Origin: Octopus bimaculoides
Lineage: Eukaryota
Direction of reading: 5' to 3'
Assembly (NCBI RefSeq): GCF_001194135.2
Contig: NC_068983.1
Span: 85,554,025-85,618,024 of the forward strand
DNA length: 64,000 nt
Position 1 is the first letter of the stretch, and the number at the start of each line of letters is the position of its first letter. The position numbers were made by a program, and so were the translations under genes. Positions 39,901 through 51,616 of this stretch are shown piece by piece. A model generated the notes under the pieces. It ran no database searches, was not told the origin of the DNA, and saw only the letters and a list, made by a program, of their open reading frames with translations.

Positions 39901-41067
39901 AATAATTTCTATGGCGTTCAATGAAGGAAAAATTAAATGAAAACATGCGAGTTTGATTCTCCAACCCAACACAACTGCTACACACATTTTCTTCTCACCA
40001 AATCTATATCTCTTCCAACAACCTTACGTTAAACACCTTACCCTTCCTTCCCAGCTATCTGGAATTCTCTCCTTTAGGCACCAACCAACCAACAAATTTT
40101 CAAAGTGATCCTCCACTATATCATTTTCACTGGTGTCAGAGAACATTGTGGGCACTGTCCCTCATTATCTACTAAATAGTAATAAAAGTAGCTTACTATT
40201 TCATCCATCAATCATTCTAACAATTTCACACCACCATCTTGTCTCTTGTCTCTTGTCACTCTCTCTAAACAACCAGCCACATTCTCAAACTAATCCACAC
40301 TCATTCTATCCACTAACTAAATACAGCCACAAAGATTACAATATCATTACCAATTCTATACAGGATGTAGACACACACATGGACATTTCAAAATATTGTG
40401 GCATAAAAGGAAGCTATTAAAAATAAGCATGATTCCTCTAACTCCAATAATGGACACCTCTCTCTCTCTCTTTCTTTCTCCTGGTTCGCATACTGGACTG
40501 CTTAATGAACGGTGGGGAAGTGTCATTTCCTTTGAAACTGTATACACACACGTGTGCATATACACATATACAGTTATATACACACATACACTCGCAAGTG
40601 ATACACACATACACTCGCAAGTGATACACACATAAATAATATATACACATACAAGTGACAAAATTTCCTTCAGCTAGTCTATTATCACAGACCTGTTACT
40701 TCCCGCAAGCAACAGACATTATCATTTATTTGTTCTATTTCTTTCAGTTCTGAAACCTTTCCTCTACTTCTTGTGATAACTATTCAAGAGAAAATCAAAT
40801 TTAAAATCTTGCAAAATAATGTTAAGTTAATAGAAGGAGACAGAAGAGACAAAAGATTACAAAATAATTAAATAACTCCTTTGAACTCTCCACTACTTTA
40901 GAATAATTATGAAATAGTTTCTTATTCAATCATGTATTGGCTAAGTTTACATCCATTTTTTCCAAACTATCAATGATAGTAATTTTTTTTTTCTTTTCAA
41001 ATTTTCATATTTGTATATTGTTGGAGCAATTGTATTTACAATTGGAAACCTTTCTTAAACAACTAAC

Positions 41068-41169
41068 CTTTCTTAATGTCTAAACCATGACTGGAACTTT
41101 TTGTCAAGTTGTTGACAGAATTAGCAGTTATACACTTATCCATAGTCACCTTAACAGTGTAAAAATTTT
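41068..41169 (-). CDS. Candidate symmetric (phase 1-1) internal exon, 102 nt, product unknown
   Basis: Acceptor ttcattctgtacag, donor aag/gttagt; only one frame open: (E)NFYTVKVTMDKCITANSVNNLTKSSSHGLDIKK(G); outside recognised repeats. Confidence 0.3.
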
Positions 41170-41387
41170 CTGTACAGAATGAACTTTGATCAATTTCAAT
41201 GAATTATTGTTCCATCAATCAGCAGAATAATCTATACTTTGAATTATGGTTTAACCCGTTAGCATTGAGAATACTGTCTCAAATGCATTGTTTATTTATT
41301 CACATTACTTTGAATGATCATACCTTATAGCTTTAGAGATTTCGATGATGTGATTGCTTCTTTATAGAATATTTGTAGGATAGGTGT

Positions 41388-41776
41388 TGGTGGAGGCGCA
41401 ATGACCCAGTGGTTAGGGCAGCAGACTCGCGGTCATAGGATCACGGTTTCGATTCCCAGACCGGGCGTTGTGAGTGTTTATTGAGCGAAAACACCTAAAG
41501 CTCCACGAGGCTCCGGCAGGGGATGGTGGCGAACCCTGCTGTACTCTTTCACCACAACTTTCTCTCACTCTTACTTCCTGTTTCTGTTGTGCCTGTAATT
41601 CAAAGGGTCAGCTTTGTCACACTGTGTCATGCTGAATATCCCCGAGAACTATGTTAAGGGTACATGTGTCAGTGGAATGCTCAGCCACTTGCATGTTAAG
41701 TTCATGAGCAGGCTGTTCCGTTGATTGGATCAACTGGAACCCTCGTCGTCGTAACCGACGGAGTGCCAACAACAAG
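41388..41776 (+). mobile_element. Full-length tRNA-derived SINE family C with a Nin/Deu-like central domain
   Basis: A box tgacccagtgg, B box ggtttcgattcc, core gtcacactgtgtc..gctgaat.tccccgagaacta.gttaagggtac...gagcaggctgttccgttgat; 14-bp TSD tgtaggataggtgt (41374-41387, 41777-41790); inserted in MITE family 1 (41251-41880). Older copies at 47460-47700 and 55022-55345. Confidence 0.9.
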
Positions 41777-42262
41777 TGTAGGATAGGTGTGAGAGACTGG
41801 ATCTGGTTGGTTTAAACATAAAACAGGTGGAATATTTAGGTTGAAAATGACCAGTTTAAAAGCTAAAGGGTAAGAAGCTGAGTAAGAGCAGACACTTGTT
41901 CTCTTAACATAATTCTCAGACAGAATCGGTGACACCATGACAAGGTAAGTACAATAAATTCTACAAGCTTCAGCAGTTTGTCTACCCAATTTCACTCAGA
42001 AAACACTCACCCAAACTGTCATGCAGTGGAATGAAACATAGATAGAACTTTGCAATCATGAAGAAAACTTCTTAACCACACAACCATGCATTCATATGAA
42101 CATATGAGCAGTTGGCCAACATCTTGACTGCTTAAACATTTTAAATTGAAGGGTTTTTTTTCCTGCCACAATATAAAATAAAACCCTCCCTTTATAACCA
42201 GTTGACTGAAGTAATGTTGAGTACTATCATTAAAAAAATTATACAGTTGCTGTGTTTTTAAA

Positions 42263-42264
<2 letters not shown>

Positions 42265-42330
<66 letters not shown>

Positions 42331-42347
42331 CATATATATATATATAA
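42265..42347. repeat. (TA)n microsatellite
   Basis: Direct reading. Confidence 0.95.
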
Positions 42348-42779
42348 TCTGTCTCAACAAATTCTGTCCAACCCATGCAAAAATAATGGAAAGTAGATGT
42401 TAAAAAGATGGTGATGATGATGATTTACATGTTTTTCCATGCAAGCATAGGTTAAGTAAATATGTTATTGTTTTACAGCCTAATGCCCTACCTGTCTCTA
42501 ACCCTTACCTGTTCTCTTATTCTACACAGCTTCAAAGACACAGAGCAAGCAAATGGGTGATTTATTGACAGGAGGAATTTTAAGATCATGACTTTCATAT
42601 AAACAAGCAGCAAATGTAAACAAACACAAAGATACACACATGTGCACATATAGCATAAACATACACACACAAGATGCTTCTCTCTTAGTTTTCAACTATA
42701 AATGAGATTCAGTCTCATTGCACAGCCCATGAGATTACGAGGCAAACGTTTTAATGACACAGCCAGAGAGAGAGAGAGC

Positions 42780-42811
<32 letters not shown>

Positions 42812-43283
42812 TGTATATTCTGAATATTTTCAGTTTTTGTATATCCCTATATATGTCTACATGTGTATATGTATGTAAATATATTTATACACATCAAACC
42901 TAATCTTGTTTATCGGCATCAGTATCTCCACATCAACTGGGCTTTTCTTATAGCCACTCTTTTACCCTGCAGACTTAGTCTTTCATAAAGGTTTCTTAGT
43001 GTAAGTTCAAACCATTTGAGCATTAATATGTGTTTTCTGTATTGAGCATCTGTAGATCTCATCTATTGGCCATGTGCGTGTGTAGGTGCAGGCATGACTG
43101 TGTGAAACTGGTTCAAAGTTCAGTCCCACTTCATGGCTCTTTGGGCAAGTGCTTTTTCCCTATATCCCCAGGCTGACCAAAGCTTTCTGAGTAGATTTGG
43201 TAGGTAAAAACTTAAGGAAGCCCATGGCACATGTTTGAATATTTGTGCACTTGTGCATCTCTGAAAAAAGAGAAACCAGTGCA

Positions 43284-43871
43284 GGGATCTTTTTTAAAAC
43301 GGGGGCCACATTTTTCATTAATGTTTTACGTAGTGTTTTTGGTACCGAAAGACTTTCAAACTTCGTATACTTATCTATTTTGTGTTATAGAACAGAAAAA
43401 TATTTTTGTATTCGAATTTATTTCATGTAAAAAATTGTCTTATTTCGATAATTTCAACCAATCACTGACAAGTATTCAGTTGTTTATATTTACTCCTTTG
43501 TATGATTAAGCGATGTAAAGCGTATTTAATCTCCATACCTTCGTTTTATTTGCTTTTTTCATTTTAAATTTGCTTTAACCCTAACCCTAACCCTAGGGTT
43601 AGGGTTAGAGTTAGGGTTAGGGTTAGGGTTAATTGTTTCAGAATCGTTTGTTTATGTAGTCGGCACTTAATGTATATCAGCTGAATGGACGTCAGTGATT
43701 GGTTGAAATTACAGAAATACGACAACTTTAACATGGAATAATTTATGGATTTCTTTTTTTTTTAAGAAGACTAAGAGAAAAAAATGTTTTATATGACACA
43801 TTCTACCAGTGTTCCAAGTTTCAAAGTGTTTCGTTAATGAAAAATGTGGGCCCCGTTTTAAAAAAGATCCC
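43284..43871. mobile_element. Unclassified non-autonomous DNA transposon (588 bp) with 38-bp TIRs, 6-bp TSD and central telomeric palindrome
   Basis: TIR gggatcttttttaaaacggggg/cccacatttttcattaa (1 mismatch); TSD agtgca at 43278-43283 and 43872-43877; internal IR 43450-43469 / 43691-43710; (TAACCC)3-TA-(GGGTTA)6 at 43576-43631. Confidence 0.9.
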
Positions 43872-44172
43872 AGTGCAGTACAAGTGAAGACAATATTATC
43901 ATTTCTGCTGTCAACAAATCATTTGCTAGCTTTTGCATCTTTAAAGACATGGGGAATAATGAATCTTTTGCTTAAAAAACAGGTGAGGGTTAACAACAGG
44001 AAGGGTGTCCAGCTGTAAAACAATATCTCAGTAGTATAGCTAACCCATGGATGTAACAAACAAAATGGATGTCACAATTTACAAAACAGGAATGCAACAT
44101 GAGAGGCAGAGAATAAATAAAAGTAATGTGCAAACTCCATCAAAGTGAGTATAACTGTCTCAGATGGTAGGC

Positions 44173-44397
44173 TTAACTCTTTAGCATTGAGACTACTCTG
44201 TCAAATGTAATGCTTATTATTCAGATTGTTTTGAATTAACGACGTGTTATCTCAGAGCTTCGAGATTTCACTGATGTAATTGTTTTTAGATTGACACACC
44301 TTTTTAGAAGGTGTGAAAGGCTAGATCTAACTGGTTTGAATGTAGAACAGGTAGAATATTTTGGCCTGATAAGTCGGTTTAAATGCTAAAGGGTGAA
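44173..44397. mobile_element. MITE family 1 copy
   Basis: ttaactctttagcatt ... aatgctaaagggtgaa. Confidence 0.85.
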
Positions 44398-44403
44398 TCC
44401 ATC

Positions 44404-44820
44404 GGTGCTGCTTTGGTATGTGATCTACATAGCCAACATGATTTAAAAGAGTCAAATTCTACTTTAGTATGCGATCTACGTTACATTTATTTATTAAGGC
44501 TTAAATAAAACATGCTTACATTTTTATACATTCATTTTAGAAAATTAAAATGAAGCAGATTTGAAACAAGTTTACTAATTTTATGGGCAAATCTAATGAA
44601 CATCAGCTAGAAAAGTAAAAAACAGAATTAAAATTTTTACACATTTATTATCAACACTTATGTTTCATACTCTCTAACCAAACCTTCTCTTGAAACTGAT
44701 ACAGGTGTTTTCCTTGTTGTTGATAAGTATAATTTTTCTTGTTGTAGATCACAATATAAAGTGTAGATCGGACACCAAAGCAGTTTCATGACAAATAGAT
44801 CGCATACCAAAATAGCACCC
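44404..44820. mobile_element. Non-autonomous DNA transposon with 8-bp TSD and GG termini (Merlin-like)
   Basis: TSD aatccatc at 44396-44403 and 44821-44828; TIR ggtgctgctttggtatgtgatcta versus ggtgctattttggtatgcgatcta; same motif repeated subterminally at about 44458, 44745 and 44763. Confidence 0.65.
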
Positions 44821-45121
44821 AATCCATCATCCAGCTTAACACCAACTCCTGGACCTTTGATATCTTTATCAGAATTCACTCTTTTGGAAGCATTCAACCA
44901 AGGTCTTCAGTTTCTTCCTCTTTTCCCTATTAAAGGTACCAGTTCTACTGATTATATCAGTAATAAATTTTCTATTAAAAAATGTCTTGAGCAAACTGTA
45001 GTCCCTAAGGCTTTCTGAATGGCACAAGTAACAAAAACTTAACTTCAGCTTTTTTTTAGTAGCGTGGCTAGCCTGATGATGAACCATGTCTCATGTGACC
45101 CACTTCTCAAAAAATGTTGTC

Positions 45122-45487
45122 CGTGGTAAATAGCTTGCTTACCAACCACATGGTTCCAGGTTCAGACCCAATGCGTGGCACCTTGGGCAAGTGTTTTCTA
45201 CTATAGCCTCGGGCCGACCAAAGCCTTGTGAGTGGATTTGGTAGACGGAAACTGAAAGAAGCCCGTCGTATATATGTATATGTGTGTGTGTCTGTGTTTG
45301 TCTCCCCAACATCGCTTGACAACCGATGCTGGTGTGTTTACGTCCCCGTAACTTAGCGGTTCGGCAAAAGAGACCGATAGAATAAGTACTAGGCTTACAA
45401 AGAAGAAGTCCTGGGGTCGATTAGCTCGACTAAAGGCGGTGCTCCAGCATGACCGCAGTCAAATGACTGAAACAAGTAAAAGAGTAA
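45122..45487 (+). mobile_element. Young SINE family A copy (slightly 5'-truncated)
   Basis: Retains many CpGs and is near-identical to 54293-54772 and to the reverse complement of 33139-33536. Confidence 0.95.
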
Positions 45488-46339
45488 GCCTACTCAAGAT
45501 ATGGCAATACTGCACTGGATTATTGCCTTAAATCATATTCTATATTATATTCATTAGCCAAACTAACCATGCACAAATATCTTAACAAAAATGTCTTAAT
45601 ACAGAAGATATGCAAACAATTTACATGTACAGAAAATGCTTACTTATTTCACATGCACGTCGCTAATTGGTTAGACAGTATTCACATTGTTTAAATAGTT
45701 CTAACAGTTACAATAATTGCTACGCTTGGTTTAACCAAGCAACATTGATTATACTCTGGATTTTTCAGACCATTAAGTTTGCTATTTAAACTTATATATT
45801 GTTTGATAAAGATTTGTTTTAATACCTTCTAATGTATCTAAACTCCTTTCTAGACATTGTAAGGACATGATTTAATCTCTTTCCTAGAATGTAACAATGG
45901 ATACCGCATGAATGGTTTTTATTTAGTTTTTTCAATCTTCACCTTGAAATCTTGTATCAATTACCTACTGTTGTTGTTGTGTAACCCCAGATCAACCCTC
46001 ACTAACCAGACCTTGGTCAAAGGGTTTTCAACTATGAACATCCTATCCCTATCCCAGCAACAGTGTCCTTCTTTTCTAACATGGAAGAGTGTTATTTGAG
46101 AGAGTGGTTTGGTATCTATTTCTAGCAAATTGTGCAACTACATATTGGCACACAAAAAAAACATTGTGTGTGGAGGGGAATAGGTAGGTATGTTAGTGTG
46201 CAGAGAAAGATAGGTGGATAAGTGAGAGTGTACAGGTGTGATGAGTGTTAGTGTAGATAAGTAGGTGTGTGTATTAGTGCATCTATACAAGTTAGGGGGG
46301 GGGGGTGACAGACAAATCCAGAAAAAAATAGACAAAGAA

Positions 46340-47160
46340 CTAGAGAGAAAGAGACAGACAGAGAAATACAGAGACAAAGGAAGAGAGAGAGAGAGAGACA
46401 GACAGACATAGAAATACAGAGACAAAGTAATACAGAGAAATATAGGAGACAGATAAAAAGAAACAAGCAGAGAGAGGGAGAGGGGGAAGCGAAAGGGAGG
46501 GAAAGAGAGAAGGGAGGGGAGCGAGAGGATGAGGGGAGGGGNNNNNNNNNNNNNNNNNNNNNNNNNNNNNNNNNNNNNNNNNNNNNNNNNNNNNNNNNNN
46601 NNNNNNNNNNNNNNNNNNNNNNNNNNNNNNNNNNNNNNNNNNNNNNNNNNNNNNNNNNNNNNNNNNNNNNNNNNNNNNNNNNNNNNNNNNNNNNNNNNNN
46701 NNNNNNNNNNNNNNNNNNNNNNNNNNNNNNNNNNNNNNNNNNNNNNNNNNNNNNNNNNNNNNNNNNNNNNNNNNNNNNNNNNNNNNNNNNNNNNNNNNNN
46801 NNNNNNNNNNNNNNNNNNNNNNNNNNNNNNNNNNNNNNNNNNNNNNNNNNNNNNNNNNNNNNNNNNNNNNNNNNNNNNNNNNNNNNNNNNNNNNNNNNNN
46901 NNNNNNNNNNNNNNNNNNNNNNNNNNNNNNNNNNNNNNNNNNNNGAGGGAGGGAAAGAGAGAGGGAGGGAAAGAGAGAGGGAGGGAAAGAGAGAGGGAGG
47001 GGGAGCGAGAGGGAGGGAAAGAGAGAGAGGAGGGGAGGCAAGAGGGAGGGAAAGGGAGAGGGAGGGAAACGGAGAGGGAGGGAAAGGGAGAGGGAGGGAA
47101 GAGAGAGGGAAGGAAAGAGAGAGGGAGAGGGAAAGTGAAACAAAGACAAGGCAAGACAGA
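46340..47160. repeat. Polypurine (GA/GGGA/GGAG)n low-complexity tract spanning a gap
   Basis: Direct reading; source of the Ser/Pro/Leu and Glu/Arg/Gly ORFs. Confidence 0.95.
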
Positions 47161-47828
47161 CAGACAGACAAGGAGCATTTCTAAAAATACAGCCTAATAG
47201 CTATCATAATTGTAAAGCAGCTCATTAAATATAGAATATCAAAGATGATTGTGCTAATCCTTTCTGAATCAGAAGGATCCATAGTATCATGTTCTAACAG
47301 TGTTACACAGAAGACAGATTAATTTAGCATTGCATAACGAGTTGGAGCTGGCCCAACACTGATAGCTATTCCTGCAGGAGGAATTGAACTTAGCACTCCA
47401 ATAATAACTAAATAAATAAATAACTTACAATATACTGAGAGAGAGAGAGAGAGAGAGCAAAGAGAAGTGGCCTAGTGGTTAGGGTATTACAATCACAATT
47501 GCATGATTGTAGTTTTGATTCCCAGACCAAGTAGTGTGTTGTGTTCTTGAGCAAAACACTTCTTTCCACATTGCTTAAGTCCACTTAGCTGTTGAGTAAC
47601 CCTGCAATAGAATGGTGTCCCATTCAGGAAGAATCCTTATGATCTTGGTCACTTACACGCAATGAAAACCAAGTAAATAGCTTTATGAATCCTAAGAACT
47701 TGTGATAGTAATGTCCTATTTCAATATACTACACTCCATAAAACTATGAGTTGAACTATCGAGAAGCAAGACCTTTGATGAAGGACACAATGTCACATTG
47801 CTTCCACATTAGGAAGAAGATAATAACA

Positions 47829-48267
47829 CATCTATTTCCAATATGTTCTGGCAGATTCAAACATGAATATTTGATTGCTGTTGGAGCTTTTTTTAGCATT
47901 AGAGAAAATGTGCTCCCTTTAGACAATGCATGTTCACAACACATGTGATTCACCAGTATAGGGGAACTTGCATGCTATTTTGTGTGCATCCCATGAATTA
48001 TCTGTTTGGTAGTATGCATCAGTGAATAATTTGTTGGCAGATTCCTATAAACAAGAGTCTGTACACTTGTTGGAGTCACTGGTCTGGTAGAACAGCTTTG
48101 ACTGAAAAGACACATAAGGCTGAAACACAGCAGTGTCTCAAAGACCCCTTACACTAGTGTGTGAAGAACAAACATCATCTAGAAATGGGAGATGTTCTCT
48201 GATGAAGAAAAACTACAGCAATCATTCAATTTTGAATCTGCCAGAAAATACTGAAAATAAATAGATA
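47829..48267. repeat. Old imperfect foldback (about 120-130-bp inverted arms)
   Basis: atctatttccaatatgttctggcagattcaaa (from 47830) versus tttgaatctgccagaaaatactgaaaataaatagat (48231-48266); similarity continues inward through acagcaatc, ttctct.atg and gggag..tcta. Confidence 0.6.
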
Positions 48268-48826
48268 CACTATTTTTAAGAAGAGATTATTTATCTTGTA
48301 ATTACTAGAGCATCAACACAGCTTTGTTTAAGAATAAAATATAGACTCATATCCACAAATATATAGTGTCATTGTAAAATCCAACCTACAGGAGCATCTC
48401 CAGTAGCTCGGAATGAGGATTGGACTAACCATTTTCATTGTTATTTAACAATGCATGAATATTCACTCACTTCTCCCACTCAAACTACCAGTGATAGTAA
48501 CCAAAGGCTATGTATTAAAAAGATATAGACAAATAAATGCCTAGGTACAAACCCATTCCCAATCAACTCAGCTATTTCTAGATCTTCTCAGGAAATTCTA
48601 AAGAGTTGATACTCTAGGAAATGTTTTGCGTCATTGTCAGTTACTCTTAAATTTTTCTCGTACAACAGTTTTAGTTCCCATTCTACCTAGCAGAAAGCAA
48701 GCAAAATTATAAGGGCTGAACACAGACATGTGCAAAATAAGCTGCTACATTAATCCCACAACTTTTGTGTCTCGTGGAGCATTTCTTTCAAAAAGCATCA
48801 AATAAGATAGTGAGGTAATTTTCTAC

Positions 48827-48963
48827 CTATGACTGGTGAGATCACTGTGGTTGATGTTGAGTTTGAACTTTTGTGGGTCAATGACTGCAGGAAAAATTTG
48901 GATAGGAAGGGATTTCCTGAGGTTGGCAGTTCTAAGGAAAAGATACTGGGCTTAGTGCAGAAC
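48827..48963 (-). CDS. Candidate internal exon (137 nt, phase 2 to 1), product unknown
   Basis: Strong acceptor cattctgtccatgtttcag, donor ag/gtagaa; single open frame FCTKPSIFSLELPTSGNPFLSKFFLQSLTHKSSNSTSTTVISPVI, Ser/Thr-rich; antisense shadow ORF shares third codon positions. Confidence 0.3.
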
Positions 48964-49751
48964 CTGAAACATGGACAGAATGATGAATGGAGATGTGGCA
49001 AGTATATTAAATAAAATAAGATAGTATACTGCTTGCTAGTTAATCGGAGAAGTCACTGATGTTGCAGAAGAGGTGTCGAGATGATACATCACATCAACAA
49101 AATAGTATAAGCTGGTAAAAGAGCAGTGTCTCTGCAAAACAAACAAACAGACTTCTTTTGAATGGAGTGCAACACAACTGCCCCACATATGTGAGCAGTG
49201 TTCACATTAATGTGGATCACATTTGAGTCGCAGTTGTTACTTTGTTGAACACAACATCTGAACTTTAAACTCTAAGTAGTGTATAAAAATAAAAACATCA
49301 CACTCCATAACATAATCACCCCATTTTGCAAGCAATAAAAAGAAAATATCAAACAACAGAAGAGAATTGGAAGAAACATTTTAGTTGATCTATGAAAAAC
49401 CAAATTAGAAACTGACTACTCTGAAGCAAAAATTATGATTGGAAAATTTTTTAAATATTACTGAAAATATTTCCTTTCAAATTTATTAGCTTTTTAAATG
49501 GAAATCCAGATATTTAAAATGTGCATTTAATTAACAGAACATGACCATTTATCACCATTATCACAATTAGTTTGTCTTCAAGGACATTTTCAAGAATTAT
49601 TATTAATTATTATTGAAAGCAGGTAATTAAAGAAAGTATTATAATTTTAATTGATACTATTAATTGATACCATTATTTTTAGCAGTTTTGAGTCTTCTCT
49701 TTCATTGTTGATGTTCTTGAGAAAGACATGAATATCACAACTTCTTAAATA

Positions 49752-50015
49752 TGGTTGTGTGGTTAAGAAGCAGGCTTCCCAGCCACATGGCCATGGGCTC
49801 AGTTCCACTGTACAGTACCTTGAATAAGTGCCTTCTGCTATAGCCACAGGCTAACTAAAGTCTTGTGAGTAGACTTGGAAGATGAAAATGAAAAGAAGCC
49901 TGTCACATATATGCGTGTGTGCGCGTGTGTGTGTGTTGTATTTGTTCCCCATCACTTAATAACTAGTATTGGTTTGTTTACACACACACACATATATATA
50001 TACACACACACACAC

Positions 50016-50063
<48 letters not shown>

Positions 50064-50275
50064 GTCTATCTCTATGTCTGAGCATGTCTTTGCGTTTGTC
50101 CCCAGTGTTGGTTTGCTTTACTTCACTGAAACCTACCAGTTCAGTAAAAAGAGATCGAGAAAATAAGTACCAGGCTCAAAAAAAGGAAAAAATAAATGCA
50201 CAAGGGTCAATTTGTTCGACTGAACCCTTCAAGGCAGTGCCCCAGCATGGCTGCAGTCCGATAATTATAACAAGT
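49752..50275 (+). mobile_element. SINE family A copy with expanded (CA)/(TA) interior
   Basis: Head atggttgtgtggttaagaagc; tail ggcagtgccccagcatggctgcag. Confidence 0.85.
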
Positions 50276-50739
50276 AAAATATTTTTAAAAATATATAACT
50301 ATGCAAGGAAAATTATCATTATTATTGTCATCATTCCTGATATATGATCATATATGTATGATAGAAAACCAGACACTAACTGCATCACAGAATTTTGTGT
50401 AAAATTCAGAGTTCAAATCCAGCCAATATCATAATATTTATTAATCATGAGTTGTTTCAGCCCACTGTACCCATCCATTGCATAAAATTGACATGTGCTT
50501 ATTCAAAAGGTAATGGAGATTATTATTGTTGTTGTTGTTTATGCTACGCAGTTTTCAATTCCTGAATGGAGCTGTCTCTCGCTTCTGACATCACTGAGAA
50601 AAGCATAATTCACTCTTACAGCTTCTCTTTTCATCAGAATATATCTGAATTTATTGTGTATTCTAGAAGTCCTAATTCTTATTACTATCACCACCACCAT
50701 TATTATTATTATTATTATCATCATTAATATTATTATTTT

Positions 50740-51600
50740 ACTTGTCACAGCTGTCGATCTTGCTCGCTCTGGTTGACTGTGACAGCAAACAACAACCTAT
50801 TGTCAGAGGCCTCACTGAGTCTCTGTCTGCAAATTATAAGCTTTGACACTTGGGTGTTAACTTATCATGGAATACACTCATCACCCAAGCACCAATCTCA
50901 AAATCCTAGCTGTTCCCAACAGAGCTGTTTTGGAGTCTGCTCTGCCCTCATGTCAATTCAAATTTCTCCAACATTTTCTCAAACCTGGTTTTTTGTGCTC
51001 CAAGTGCCCCTACAACTACCAGAATAACCACTACTCTCCTCACTTCCTGCATTCTTGCAATTTCATCTTTTAGTAGCCAGTATTCCCCATATTTTCCAGC
51101 TCTTTGTCATCTACATGTGCATCCTCAGGTATGGCAATATCTATCATCTTGGTTTCCTTTTATCTACTACAACAATGTCTGGTCTCCAAGCATCAATTAG
51201 GGAGTCACATTGGATTGTAAAATCCCACAGGATCTCATATTCATTGTTCTCAGTGACGCCCTCTGGTTCATGTTCGTACTGTTTCCAAGCTCTGTCCAAA
51301 CTGTACTTTTCACATAGTCACCAGTAAATAAACTTAGCCATGTCATTGTGCCTCTTTTTGTAGTGCTTTTGGGTCAGCTTGCAACACTCACTCACAGTGT
51401 GTAAGGTTGTTTCAAAGATGCCACATATCCTACAAAGGGGCAATTCACTGCTCTTATCTATTTGGAACTTGGCGTAATTAGTTCTCAGAGGTTGTTCCTC
51501 AGTGCACTCAGTGCATCCTTTCAGATCACTTTTTCTCAGCCATTTCCAAGTGTTGGTCTTGTCTTTCTTTTCAATTTCTCTGAGGTATTGCCCATGTATT
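50740..51600 (-). mobile_element. Decayed R4/Dong-clade non-LTR retrotransposon 3' region (CCHC knuckle plus REL endonuclease)
   Basis: IHGQYLREIEKKDKTNTWKWLRKSDLKGCTE..EQPLRTNY..PLCRICGIFETTLHTVSECCKLTQKHYKKRHNDMAKFIYW*..ENNEYEILWDFTIQCD..WRPDIVVVDK..MIDIAIPED..DKELE..VVVGALG..KTALLGTARILRLVLG*; abuts (TAA)n at 50700-50738. Confidence 0.9.
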
Positions 51601-51616
51601 GTTTTCTTTTATTATT

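Noticed and set aside
41390-41470. tRNA-like sequence
   Set aside because: It is the head of a SINE with a TSD, not a cloverleaf tRNA gene.
43576-43631. Telomere fusion site
   Set aside because: Order is (CCCTAA)n then (TTAGGG)n, opposite to an end-to-end fusion, and it lies inside a TIR/TSD-bounded element.
44658-45087. Three overlapping ORFs, including a THAP-like VCSRHF word
   Set aside because: Two cross the boundary of the 8-bp-TSD element and the third starts near the SINE edge; other THAP residues are absent.
47953-48176. Exon-like segments DDVCSSHTS and ESANKLFTDAYYQTDNSWDAHKIACKFPYTG
   Set aside because: They lie within the 47829-48267 foldback, probably TE-derived.
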